A stretch of 32,330 nucleotides of DNA from Bigelowiella natans CCMP2755 (taxonomy: Eukaryota; Protista; Cercozoa). The stretch covers positions 1 to 32,330 of the forward strand of contig ADNK01001408.1 of assembly GCA_000320545.1 (NCBI GenBank), read 5' to 3'. The translations under genes were made by a program, and so were the position numbers. Position 1 is the stretch's first letter; each line of letters starts with the position of its first letter. Below are positions 13,494-24,566 of the stretch, one piece after another. The notes below the pieces were generated by a model, which was given only the letters and a program-made list of their open reading frames with translations, made no database searches and was not told where the DNA came from.

Positions 13494-15134
13494 ATGAGAG
13501 CATTTCCTCTCGTGGTCCTCCCATTGCTACTATTTTCTTTCCATGTACTCCTTCTCTCCTCCTTTAGAGAGAAAGCTCTGTGCTCCCGAAGTTTGGTATT
13601 GGGAGGGAAGAGGAGGGCAGCGCTTAAAAAAGGCCTCCTGTCTCATTCGAATGGCTTCGAATTCCTGAACCTTATGGGCGACGCTCTGGAATTTCAGAAC
13701 GACGCTGAAGCAGTATCAAAGGCAGAGAAACTTGCGTGGGATGCTATTCACGAGCCTACCGATCAGGTATAAATTAACACATAGCCCGACTCTATTTTCA
13801 TAAACTCTCCATGCAGATCATCCAGTGGCGGCTGGCATATAGCTTGGCAGCAGTAGCCGGAGCCCGAATTTTTTTGGATTCAAATAGGATAAACGACTCA
13901 TCGATACTACAGCATCGAATGGTGCTTCGCCGTTTGGATGTAGCGTTGATGATTGGGCATCCCACAATGTATTCGAGGATTCACAGACTTATTTTGGAAA
14001 TTAAAAATTTTCTACCGGAGGTTGATTTCCCTTTGATTTCAACCTCTTCCTTCGAGAATCAAAGTTCTATTTCGTCACCATATGCTCTTAAAGTTCCCGT
14101 TGAGAGAGAACCGCCATCACAGAGTCACTTCTACAAGCATGTATTCAATAAGCAGCCTGTTCTTATCCAACGAGCTATGCAGGATTGGCCTGCATTAAAG
14201 CCAGGAAGTGTTCAAAGTTGGTCAGGATTCCAAAGAATTCTCAAAATTGCAGGCCATCGTACCGTTCCTGTAGAGGTTAGACTCAATGAGACAACATATT
14301 TTGTTCTCTGAGAGTATTTTTGTAGGTGGGTCGGCATTATATGTGCACAAATTGGACACTTAAGTTGATGCCACTGCAAGAGTATTTTCGAAGGTCTGCC
14401 TTCAGGATAAAAATGCATTTTGGTACCTGGAATACTATCGAATTTTATGTAACACATACATAGGCATGTGCTGAATGGATCCACCACGAACACTGCGGCA
14501 AAAGGGGGCGTCACTGGTTACGTAGCACAGCATGAACTCTTCAAACAAGTTCCTGAATTATGCTCAGACGTAAGAATTCCGGAGTATTGTGCCGTGGAGC
14601 CTAGGAATAACGATGGAGAGGAAGTTCAAGTGAATGTTTGGCTTGGGCCCTCGGGAACAACTACACCATTACACTATGATCGGTTTGTGACATTCTGATG
14701 TAAAATTGGAAGCTTTTTGACATCTACATCTCTCAGGTATCACAATTTCCTGTGCCAAGTTCTTGGTGAAAAGAAGATTACAATGTAGCTTACATACTTA
14801 GGTTATTCAAATGTGATATTTCACACCTTGTAAATTAGGTTCGCCCCAAATAGTTCCAGTTACCTTCATCCTTGTAAGCCGCCATTGAATAATACCAGTC
14901 AGGTTGTTGACATATAAGCATCAAGCTGCATTTGACACTACTCGCTGATTCTGATACATGATGTCCAATTTTAAGGTGGATCCTTACTCTCCAGGGAGAT
15001 ATTCGGATGTTTTGAAACAACCTCATTGGGAGGTGACTTTGCATCCGGGAGAGATGCTGTACATTCCACCAGGATGGTGGCATCATGTTCAGAGCAAGAG
15101 TGCTTCCGCGAGTGTTAATTTTTGGTGGCTTTGA
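13494..15134 (+). CDS. KDM8: JmjC-domain 2OG/Fe(II) oxygenase, JMJD5/KDM8-like, ~429 aa, 7 exons
   Basis: Exons 13494-13766, 13817-14275, 14326-14393, 14464-14682, 14737-14784, 14839-14902, 14976-15134 (introns 50-73 nt). Motifs [78 protein letters not shown] (HxD), [20 protein letters not shown]. Start codon less certain. Confidence 0.9.
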
Positions 15135-15873
15135 TTGAGAAACGAAGAGAAACATGTTCAGAATATGTTTTTGTAGGCATGGTTGTCTTCTGAAATGAAT
15201 ATGTGAATCATCATGTAATCGATTCAACAATTCCTCTTGTTCACCTCTCCCTTGCTCTCTGTGCGCTTGCATGTCGTCAAATGCTGCGCTGCAATGACAC
15301 ACAGTGTGTCAATCAAAAGCACCCATCGCAGGCATTTTCTAGCACCAGGATCTCATCAGTTACTTATTTTCCAACTTGCACGCCTATGGCCTCTGGAGAA
15401 CGTCATTGTTTTAACGTCCAGGAAGAAGAAGAATCTGTCTCTGTGGAGTTTTCAAAAAATCAAAAAAACAGTGAAGAAAATCCACCCTGCTGGCTAGCTG
15501 GCCTAGCACCACAGCTGTGAGAGAGGCGCAGACATTTTTGAACACGTGATTCCAAGCGGCTCATGCACTGTGAGACTCATCATCGCTCTTGCAGACCCAG
15601 CGTGCAACCCATTTCGATGCATCGAAGACATCGATTGGCATGCTGACAAAACTTGATCTGAACTACACGCAACACGCACGCACGCAACTGAGCGAACCGA
15701 GCTGGAGCGCACTCTGCCAGAATCAACGTCCCATTCACGCCGTTGAAGGCAATCTGACAAACCCCATCCGAACATGGAATCGTTCCATTGATTTGGTGCC
15801 CGCCTTTGCTCTTGCTTGCTTGCCTGTGCATTCCAGCATTGAGCGTGCGGGCGAAGAAAGAGAAGAAGTGACA

Positions 15874-15907
15874 AGAAGAAGAAGAAGAAGAAGAAGAAGA
15901 AGAAGAA
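15874..15907. repeat. (GAA)n microsatellite
   Basis: Directly visible. Confidence 0.9.
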
Positions 15908-16185
15908 CCCCAGCTGCCTCCTCCAAATCTAGCGAGCAGACAAATGCGAGCCCCTTTTGACTGCTTCATCTTCTTCAATCATCGCGTTCCTTTTCCGTCG
16001 ATGGAATTCCGGATGTGGCGCACTTCAGCGAGCAAGTGGGTGAGCAATTCAATGAATGAATGAACAAATGAATTCCAATGGCAGTTGAAAGTTTCATCGG
16101 ATTCGTCAAGATTTGAGATTCAAGATTCATTCGACATTCTGACGAGATGTCAACTCCTCCACCCTCCACAAATCGAAGGAACGTG

Positions 16186-16219
16186 GAACAATGAACAATG
16201 AACAATGAACAATGAACAA
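16186..16219. repeat. 7-bp tandem repeat (GAACAAT) x ~5
   Basis: gaacaatgaacaatgaacaatgaacaatgaacaa. Confidence 0.9.
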
Positions 16220-16843
16220 AGCGTTGATCAAATCTACGTGCGCCAGAACCACGTGGAGCATTTTTCTCTTGGAAGACCGACCAACATTCGTTGCGAGGAA
16301 ATCCGAAGAAATCTCGGAGAAACTTGCCTTCGCGTTTGTGCGCGATTCTTTCTCGGCTTTTTTGATCGCCAAGCTCGGACAATAATACCGAGAAATGCGA
16401 AATGAAGGTAATTTCTTACAGAAGTGCACCGTTTGTGTTGTCGTAATTGAAAACGGGGAAACAATATTTCATCTGGCATTTCAGTAGGTCCACACCCCCC
16501 GTCTACACTGACACCCCGTACAATTTCGATTAGCGTGTTTTTTCGAAAGAATTTTCTCGACAATAAACACCCATTGAGATCACCGTGTAATTTTCCCTTG
16601 ATGTCCCTTGCAAACAACAAATCAACTTTGCTGGGCTGTGAGGTTTGTGTGGGGTGTGTACATGCTTCGCTCATTGACTGCGAATTCAAGTGGTTTCCAC
16701 AATGGTCACATTCACATGTGACGATTGCCTTTACACAAATAATATCAAAATATAAGAATTTTGGAAAATTGCTGAAATGAAGCGTCCATCTGATCCTGTT
16801 GCTCGCATTAATTGCAGGGACAAAATCGGAGACCATTGTGCGA

Positions 16844-19198
16844 ATGTCGAACGAGGCCACCGCCGCCGCTGCCGCTGTCCCCAAAGAGGGGACTCCTACC
16901 AAAAAATCCTCCAAAAATCCAAAAGGAAATAAGAAAAACATGGTGGTGGAGGAGCTGCCCGAGTTTGTCGACCACCGTATAAAAGTTTGGGACGAACTGT
17001 ACAAGAAGCAGTCGGAGATGTTGGCAGCCAAGCCCGATGAAGACATCAAAATCACTCTCCCCAACGGCAACGAAGTAGAGGGGAAGGCTTGGAAGACTAC
17101 GCCGTATGACGTGGCCATGGGCATCTCTCCAGGCCTCGCACGAGCATCGATTGTTGCAAAAGTCAACGAAAAGGTGTGGGACATGACGAGGCCGCTCGAA
17201 GCCGACTGCAGCCTGGAATTGTGTAAGTTCGACTCTGAGGACGGGTCATATACCTTCTGGCACTCTTCCGCACATATCCTAGGTGAGGCATTGGAGCTCA
17301 AATACGGGTGCAAGCTTACGGTCGGCCCCCCCACAAACGACAGGAAGGGATTCTATTACGACGCCTACATGGACGGCTCCAAGCAGGGAAACATCAGTGA
17401 GAAGGACTTTAAGGAGCTCGAGAAGAGAGTGCAAAAGATCGTAAAGAGCAAGCAGCCGTTCAATCGTCTTGTAATGAAGAAGGAAGAAGCTCTTGAGATG
17501 TTCAAATTCAACAAATTCAAGAAGATCCTGATAAACGAGAAGGTAGCGGACGGTACCACCTGCACGGCATACAGGTGCGGGCCTTTGATTGACCTTTGCA
17601 CGGGGCCTCACATCCCAACCACGGGTCTTGTAAAAGCCTTTGCTCTCACGAAAAACTCAGCTGCTTACTGGAAGGGTGACGCCAAGAATGACTCTGTACA
17701 GAGGGTGTACGGCGTGTCTTTCCCAGATAAGAAGTCGATGAAGCAGCATCTACGCCTTCTCAAAGAAGCTGCCGAACGCGACCATCGTAAAATCGGAGCT
17801 GAACAGAAACTCTTCTTCTTCGACATAATGTCCCCTGGTTCGTGTTTTTTCCTTCCACACGGAGCGAGAATTTACAACAAGCTGGTCTCCTTTATCAGAC
17901 GGTGCTACAGGGAACGCGGTTTCGATGAGGTCATCACGCCTAATATCTTCAACTGCGAGCTCTGGAAGACTTCTGGTCACTATCAAAACTATCGAGATGA
18001 CATGTTTCTATTCGAGACCGCTGATAAGGAGGAGTACGGCATGAAGCCAATGAACTGCCCTGGCCACTGCCTCATGTTCAGGCATACTGCGCGCTCCTAC
18101 AAGGACCTTCCGATGCGTTTCGCCGATTTCGGCGTGCTTCATCGCAATGAAAAGAGTGGATCTCTTACGGGCCTCACGCGTGTGCGGCGATTCCAGCAGG
18201 ATGACGCTCACATCTTCTGCGCCAAAGACCAGATCTTCCAGGAAGTGAAAGGTGCCCTTGAGTTCATGAAGTATGTGTACGATGCGATGGGCTTCACATT
18301 CCACTTAAACCTGTCCACTCGACCGGACAAATACGTCGGTGAGATCAAGGTGTGGGATGAGGCGGAGAAGCAGCTCCAGAAGGTGCTCGAGACCTTCTGC
18401 AGCGAACACAAGATGAAGTGGGCAACTGATGCAGGAGGCGGAGCGTTCTATGGTAGTAACATCCATCAACAGCGAATTTATGTCGACAATATTGAGGCAA
18501 GGAGCGAAAGGGGGGAGGAGGAGAGAGAGGCTGAGGACAAAGCACGATAATGGTGCCTCGGTTAAATATTTAATTATAGATATTAAGGTGTATTTTGAAT
18601 TATAAAAATAAGAGAAGAGTACGGAATGCGATGTTGGGTTCCGCTTGATCCTTTTCCTTCTAACCAATTACTAGGCCCCAAGATCGATATTCAACTGGAA
18701 GATGCGTTGAAGCGGAGACACCAGTGTGCAACTGTACAGCTGGACTTTCAGCTGCCTAAACGCTTCGGACTCAAGTTCAAGCGATCGAACGAGTGCATAG
18801 AGGAGCCTGTTATAGTACACCGAGCTATCTTGGGTTCAGTAGAGCGAATGATGGCCGTACTAATAGAGCAGTGGGGCGGTAAATGGCCGCTCTGGCTATC
18901 TCCAAGGCAAGTTTGCATTGTCCCCATCGCGCCTGAGCTTATCGAGTACGCCGAGAAAGTTGGCAAGATTCTTCACGACCGAGGGTTCTACGTAGATGTC
19001 GACTCTTCCAAACTCCAGTTCAAGAAGAAAATAGCGCTCGCTGCCACGTCGAAGACGAACTATGTCCTGGTCGTAGGAGGGAAGGAGGCAGCTGCTTCGT
19101 CTGTCAATGTCCGCACGCGAGAAAATAAAATTATCGGTGCAATGACCATTGAGGATTTCATAGGACGAATGCAAGATGAGATTAAGGAATTTAAGTGA
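16844..19198 (+). CDS. TARS1: Threonyl-tRNA synthetase, eukaryotic cytosolic type, ~710 aa, 2 exons
   Basis: Exons 16844-18452 and 18675-19198; the junction restores GAFYG|PKID. TGS domain (TTPYDVA..VWDMTRPLE), FWHSSAHILG, DLCTGPH, RDHRKIG, KPMNCPGHC, GLTRVRRFQQDDAHIFC, HRAILGSVERM, WPLWLSPRQV. Confidence 0.97.
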
Positions 19199-19436
19199 TA
19201 ATGAGCTGAGAAGGATTAAGTTGGCAGGTATATGAGAAAAGAAAATGTTTACGCTCGAGAATACAGCTCTCACACATACAAAGCTGCTGCATCACACGCA
19301 TCATTAAGGGTGGTTGCAATCAGCTTGCAGATTACTATGTTGCATGTTTATTTTCATGTCTTGTGTCTGTAGTGAAACACTGCTGCAACATGCACATACT
19401 TCTGATGCAAGTTGGGCCAACGCAAGGTTGGCGTTA

Positions 19437-20446
19437 TGAGTTGCTTGCTGTGAATCATTTGAACATTTTCATCAATCTCATGCTGACAAGCTAGCAAGGT
19501 GTTTGCAGGGAAAATCTCTTGAAACACAGTTGCATCTGCGTTGGCATGAAACCAAATGAAACGCTGCGCTTTGAATGCCATCAGCACGTGCTCGTGCACA
19601 GTGCAAAAATCTAGAAATGAATGCATGTGCGTGACGTGTGCACACGTGCACGTGCGCAGCATGGCAACGCATCATCAATGCATCCCTGAGACAGAATGGC
19701 GCGGCGTGCAACAACCACTGGAACAATGAGCACATCTAGACATGCAGCTAGACAGGAAGACCACAGGAATGAATGAGGTTCATCTGACTTGCTGGCTAGC
19801 TGGCTTGTGTGCAGCTGAAACTTGATTTCATTGACGGAAACTGCCGCACCCACCCTGACGGAGTGCACATGCACGTCGCCCTCGTCAGCGGCGCATGCCA
19901 ATGCCAGCAATCTAGCAATGGGGACGTGCCGAGCGCACGCTTGCTCTCAGCTGACGATGACGAGTTGCAGAGACGTGGCCCTGCCGATGGGGGACCTGCT
20001 CTGACTCTGCACGCTAGCACGGGACCCGCCGAGACAGCGATCCACGATTTTGTCGTCCTGGGCTAGCTGTCCATGGTTGTGCTGCAACTGAATCGAAGGA
20101 GCACACGAAACCAGGAAAGACACTCAAGCGTGCCGAAGAGAAGTGGCACAGAAAGAAAGAGAGAAATGAAGAAGTCTTTTGCACGGAGCGGTTGAAGGGA
20201 TCGTGGGACACGGTGATTCATCCGTGCAAGAAGGAAGAAGTGAAAAAAGTGAAACAAGTGCTTCGACATGAGCAGTTGATGTTGAGAGGACCATCTAGAC
20301 CATGGAGACAACGCTGAGTCGTCCGTGCCTGTTCTCAATCAAAGAAAGAAGACACTTGCCAAAAAAAACAAACAAACAAACAAACGTGATGAAGAACTGC
20401 ACTTCCAAAACATTGCACGACACTTGCAAAGCACGAACAGTGCCTC
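19437..20446. other. TpA-depleted tract 2
   Basis: All 9 TpA in ~1,010 nt are in CTAG; weaker depletion continues to ~20710. Confidence 0.85.
19815..20066 (+). pseudogene. Relic terminal coding exon of an unidentified gene, hypermutated
   Basis: Follows a tgtgtgcag acceptor-like site. Reads LKLDFIDGNCRTHPDGVHMHVALVSGACQCQQ...LTLHASTGPAETAIHDFVVLG*, with no Tyr and 8 Cys/His at Tyr-compatible positions. Confidence 0.4.
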
Positions 20447-21051
20447 TAACTAGCTTCAGTGTGCAGGACTGGATTTGTCGACATCCACTAGCGTTGATTT
20501 CAAACGGCCATCTCGAAGCAGGAATCTGTGTGGTTCGGATTAGGTGAAAACCCGGAGAAACTTTGTCATGTTTGTTTGTTGTTGCTTCTTTTGATCGTGC
20601 ACACTTTTCTCACCTTTTTTTGTGTTCCTTCTCCTGGTCTTCTTTTGGTAGGGAAGACTTCCAATCAACCTCATCATTGGTTTCGGTGAAAACAGCCAAA
20701 TTGCTTGCACATGTTACGTTCGTTATTATCTTTGCGGTATTGAATATTATGCTGCATTAGATACCAGAGTAAGATCATCCATGCGCTACATTGCCGCTGC
20801 GTAGGTTTCTGGAAGTTTTGGTAATTTGAGGTATTTGGAATTTGCCGTAAGAGCATAACGCCTTCTGTTTTGGAAATTCGGGGAAGACTTGCGTCCCCGA
20901 TATTTCTGAAGAGGGATCGAATACTAGGGTTCACGTCGCCCATAAGCGGATTTTCGCACATGATCCTGGCATTTTTGTTGTCGCCGCAGGTAATTCGCCT
21001 GTCATTGCACTAATGATTCCCAAACTTCACGCACCCCCCTGCCACATCAAA

Positions 21052-22692
21052 ATGGGATCTCTTACCTCGCAACTAGATGATACGATACGTGCCAAGTTCG
21101 CGCGCGAGGACGCCATCAAAGCCATGAACAAAATTCAGGGATTTGATGTTGTCATTGTATGCTGCACATCTTCCTCGCAGGCATCTTATTGGCAGAAGCG
21201 TCTCGAAGAATCTAAAGGATTCATTGCTCCAAAGAACGCACGCGTATTCGCTGTGGAAGAGGATTGGAAAGATGGAGGAGCTGGCAATGGTTTAGGAACT
21301 CTCTACGCATGGAAGAAGGCGTGCGATATGGACAAGAGCCTTGACGCTGACCTCAAAGCTGGGAGTATCTCTGTTGGCCTCTACCACACAGCTGGAAAAG
21401 GCACCCGTCTGGCTCCTCTTCCCGGGTCAGAGTGCAACAACAAACCTGCTGTAAAGCTTCCTGCCGTAATCAAAACCGATAAAGATGTCTTCCCGCTCAC
21501 CATTTTAGAAGCTGTCATTAAGCAAACAGGCGTGTACGCTAGCTCCAGGAAGGGTCGACTCTCTGTGTTCTGGGGAGATCAAGTCTTCATTCCTTCAGTG
21601 CCAACCAAATACACTCCCACCCACCACGCCGACATTCTCGCACGCCTTGGACCTATGCCTGATCAAGCGACTTATAACAAGGAGGGGCTCTTCAACTACG
21701 GGCTGATCTGTGTCGAGAAAAGCGGAGACGCTAAGCAAATCGAAAAAGTGTCGTATGAGACCGCTGTTGGAATCGGAACCTTTGAAAAGGTCGGGACCTC
21801 CGTCGGCTCATTCAGCGTCTCCTCTGCGATGCTGGGATGTCTGATGGACACGTTCTCTGGGGAGCTGAAGAGCAAGAGTTCGAAGATGGACACAGATCCC
21901 CACTTCTGGATGCCTCTGACCCTGCCGAAGGATGTGTACACCGACTTCATGCTCAAGAAGGGCGAGTTCGACTCCAAGGAAGCTTCGAACGCCCACTACG
22001 AGCGCATTGAAGGTATTAAGGCAAAGCTCGACAAAGTCGAGCCTAACGGAAAGTACTTCGGTGCTGTTGATGTCGGTAAGGATGCATATTGGTGGGACTA
22101 TGGCCAGGTGAGTCTTTACATGGAGAACAACCTCAAATTGCTCAAGGCTAGCACGGACGCTGAGAAGGACGAGTCATCGGCTATGAAGACGTTCCTTGGC
22201 CTTGATAGCAAGAGTAACGCAGCGACTGGTTCCTTGAAGGCTGTAAACTGCTGTGTGTCCGATATAACCGTTGCGAGTGCATCTACCGCAAGCAACTCTG
22301 TACTCTCGTCTGTAAATGCGACGACGCTCGAAGTACAGGATTCAATATTGGTGAATGTCACTGCTAAGAATATCAAGTGTAAGAACTGCCTGCTCTACAA
22401 CGTCGCCGACAAGGGAGACCTCTCTATGGGGGATGGCGAGATCCTCGTCGGCATCACCCTGGAGGGTAAGTCGTTCATCATGAAGTCGAAGTTCAATGTA
22501 TGCGGGAAGAAGAACTGGAAGAAGTGGACCAAAGCTGGCTCGATGACCGACGGAGATCTTCAGATGGTGAAGAAGAACCCGCACACATTCCAAGAGATAT
22601 ACAACCTAAACAAGACGGCCGACGTCGGGAAGATCAAAGCTGCAGTGACGAAGCAATTTGCAGAAGCAAAGAAGGCATGCCTCAAGGCTTGA
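21052..22692 (+). CDS. Intronless sugar-1-phosphate nucleotidyltransferase-like protein (FPGT/FKP pyrophosphorylase-like), ~546 aa
   Basis: Long clean ORF with coding bias. FDVVIVCCTSSSQASYWQKRL..AVEED..GNGLGTLYAW..LYHTAGKGTRLAPL..NKP parallels the FPGT/FKGP N-terminus and the GxGTRL..K pyrophosphorylase loop. Also VFWGDQ, WWDYGQ and a beta-helix-like C-terminal region (SNSVLSSV..QDSILVNV..KNCLLYNV). Alternative ATG at 21013. Confidence 0.75.
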   Translation: MGSLTSQLDDTIRAKFAREDAIKAMNKIQGFDVVIVCCTSSSQASYWQKRLEESKGFIAPKNARVFAVEEDWKDGGAGNGLGTLYAWKKACDMDKSLDADLKAGSISVGLYHTAGKGTRLAPLPGSECNNKPAVKLPAVIKTDKDVFPLTILEAVIKQTGVYASSRKGRLSVFWGDQVFIPSVPTKYTPTHHADILARLGPMPDQATYNKEGLFNYGLICVEKSGDAKQIEKVSYETAVGIGTFEKVGTSVGSFSVSSAMLGCLMDTFSGELKSKSSKMDTDPHFWMPLTLPKDVYTDFMLKKGEFDSKEASNAHYERIEGIKAKLDKVEPNGKYFGAVDVGKDAYWWDYGQVSLYMENNLKLLKASTDAEKDESSAMKTFLGLDSKSNAATGSLKAVNCCVSDITVASASTASNSVLSSVNATTLEVQDSILVNVTAKNIKCKNCLLYNVADKGDLSMGDGEILVGITLEGKSFIMKSKFNVCGKKNWKKWTKAGSMTDGDLQMVKKNPHTFQEIYNLNKTADVGKIKAAVTKQFAEAKKACLKA

Positions 22693-24566
22693 GGAGAAGG
22701 ATGGAAGAGAGGGGAAGGAGGAGGAGGAGAAAAAATTAATGACAATGACTTATCAGGCCAGACTGAAACGTCTTTCTACTAAAAAGTAATGAGATCGTAA
22801 TTGAGCACGGTGAGGCAGATCGGGACAAATGAGACAACCAGTTTTCTCCCTCACCAGCTTTTTAACCCTCATCTGCTGTTTGTCTCTCAACGATAGCTTG
22901 AATACCTCCACCTCCTTTATCTTGAAATTTGATGATGCTGATAATGTCTTTTCTAATAGAAGCTATGGAAATAGGCAAACAAAAGTAAATATAATTCTGT
23001 ACGATGTTACTGCTTGGACGGTTGCCTAGCGCAATCTAGAATTTAAGTGCAGACATGCATAGCTAATAAGAACATATTTACTATGTTGCGATTTAGCTTG
23101 CACACATAATAATAATGATAGCTAATGGTAATGCGAGTTTTCAAATCGGTCATCATCAGTGCAATCATGCAAAGATTTAGACGTACATGCTAACACGGAC
23201 AAATATACAAATATACAAAGCTGCTACGCACTGGCGTGTACACGGCCTACTCTAGTACTGTTTACACAGATTGTGTTATATATTTATACATATACATATA
23301 GCTAGTATATATATTCCACAGCTACGTTAGGATGACCATTGATCGAATGAGTTTATTAGTTTATTCATTACATCCTTCTCACATATTGTGAGGCTTGTGT
23401 TCATGTACATGACTGTGGGTTTCGGCTGCTGTGTAGATGCATGATAGCGTGGTGGCGGGTAGAACGCAGATGGATAGGTGGCGTAGAAACATGACATGTA
23501 ACGGATCCCATAAGTACACCTTAGGGCACCAAAACGTTCTTCATGCATCATTCTTGAAGCGCAGGAAATTACGTCGATTTGCCACTGGCCGTTCTTTAGC
23601 ATACTAACAGCTAGAATGCCGATTTTATATTACAAGTTTTAAGAGGGCGGCAATGGTCTCTCAAAAATAAATTTTAAATTTTATTTTGTGATTAAATACA
23701 TCAAACATAAAATCTTTTTCCCGAGAATTTCGGTCTTGAGCATTTCTCCTAGTTACGATGCAGTGGGGGGCACATTCTGCCTTTCTTTCCAGTATCGGTT
23801 GGTCTTCATCGATGGTTCGACAAAGCTTTAAAACAACTCAGAAAGGTAGGGCTCGCATACAATAACCAAAAGTAATGTACACTGTGCTTTTCCCGTAATT
23901 AACATTGCTTCTCATGACGTGTGACTTGTACGAACGCAATCCCACAACGTGTACATAGGATACTATAATCTTTCCTCATACCCCTGAGAGTTGGATAAAA
24001 ATTCAAAAGGGTCTTGTGAGTAAAAACATCTTCGAGAGTTTTGCTGTATTTTTTCTACACAGTTTCCATGAGACTATGAGTGTCATCATCAGTGTTTGAT
24101 TTCACATAAATTGTACAGAGAAATGAAAAGAGATACCTTTCTCCTCTTTACTTTTGGCTACCATGAGCAGCCTCTAGTTGCAGAAACTGCGGAAGGACGT
24201 CAAGGTTGGATAAATTTGCTGGACCGGTGCTTGCATCTCTTTAAAGTGTTCCCAATTGTCAGTCGTCGGTACGTGTGTTATTTTTGACAGCCCTCAATAG
24301 CCCAGGATTTCTCAATTGCGACAACAATATGATTTCAGTCGCGAACAAAAAAAGAAAGATGGTCGCAGAATGAAGTTGGAGTGAAGTGGGAAGGGAAGTG
24401 CAGTTTTCCAGCTTTCAAAACAATAAAATATCCTTCTCGGCTCTTCCTCTCGCACTCAGAACTGCTGTGATTGATCTCTTCCCCGCGCCCCCCCCGGTGA
24501 CATCTCTTCAAGAGCTGAGAGGACAGTCTTCGACTCGACTGTATTCAACCAGGAAGGAAGGGGAAA

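Larger units (their letters stand above)
15414..16382. other. TpA-depleted tract 1, with possible relic spliced coding sequence on the - strand
   Basis: 5 TpA in ~970 nt (3 CTAG, 2 CTAC). The - strand reads GGHQINGTIPCSDGVCQIAFNGVNGTLILAE, with no Tyr. Confidence 0.8.

Noticed and set aside
16395-16817. Possible alternative first exon of ThrRS (ATG CGA AAT GAA G|gt ... gcag|GG) that is phase-compatible
   Set aside because: Adds only a few residues with no targeting character and could be chance.
16234-17334. 366-aa - strand ORF
   Set aside because: Mostly antisense to ThrRS plus its promoter; no recognisable domain.
23300-24450. Possible small multi-exon - strand gene divergent from MFAP1 (fragments such as RLLMVAKSKEEK, ILCTRCG)
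   Set aside because: Could not assemble a consistent start-to-stop model or recognise a family; needs RNA-seq.
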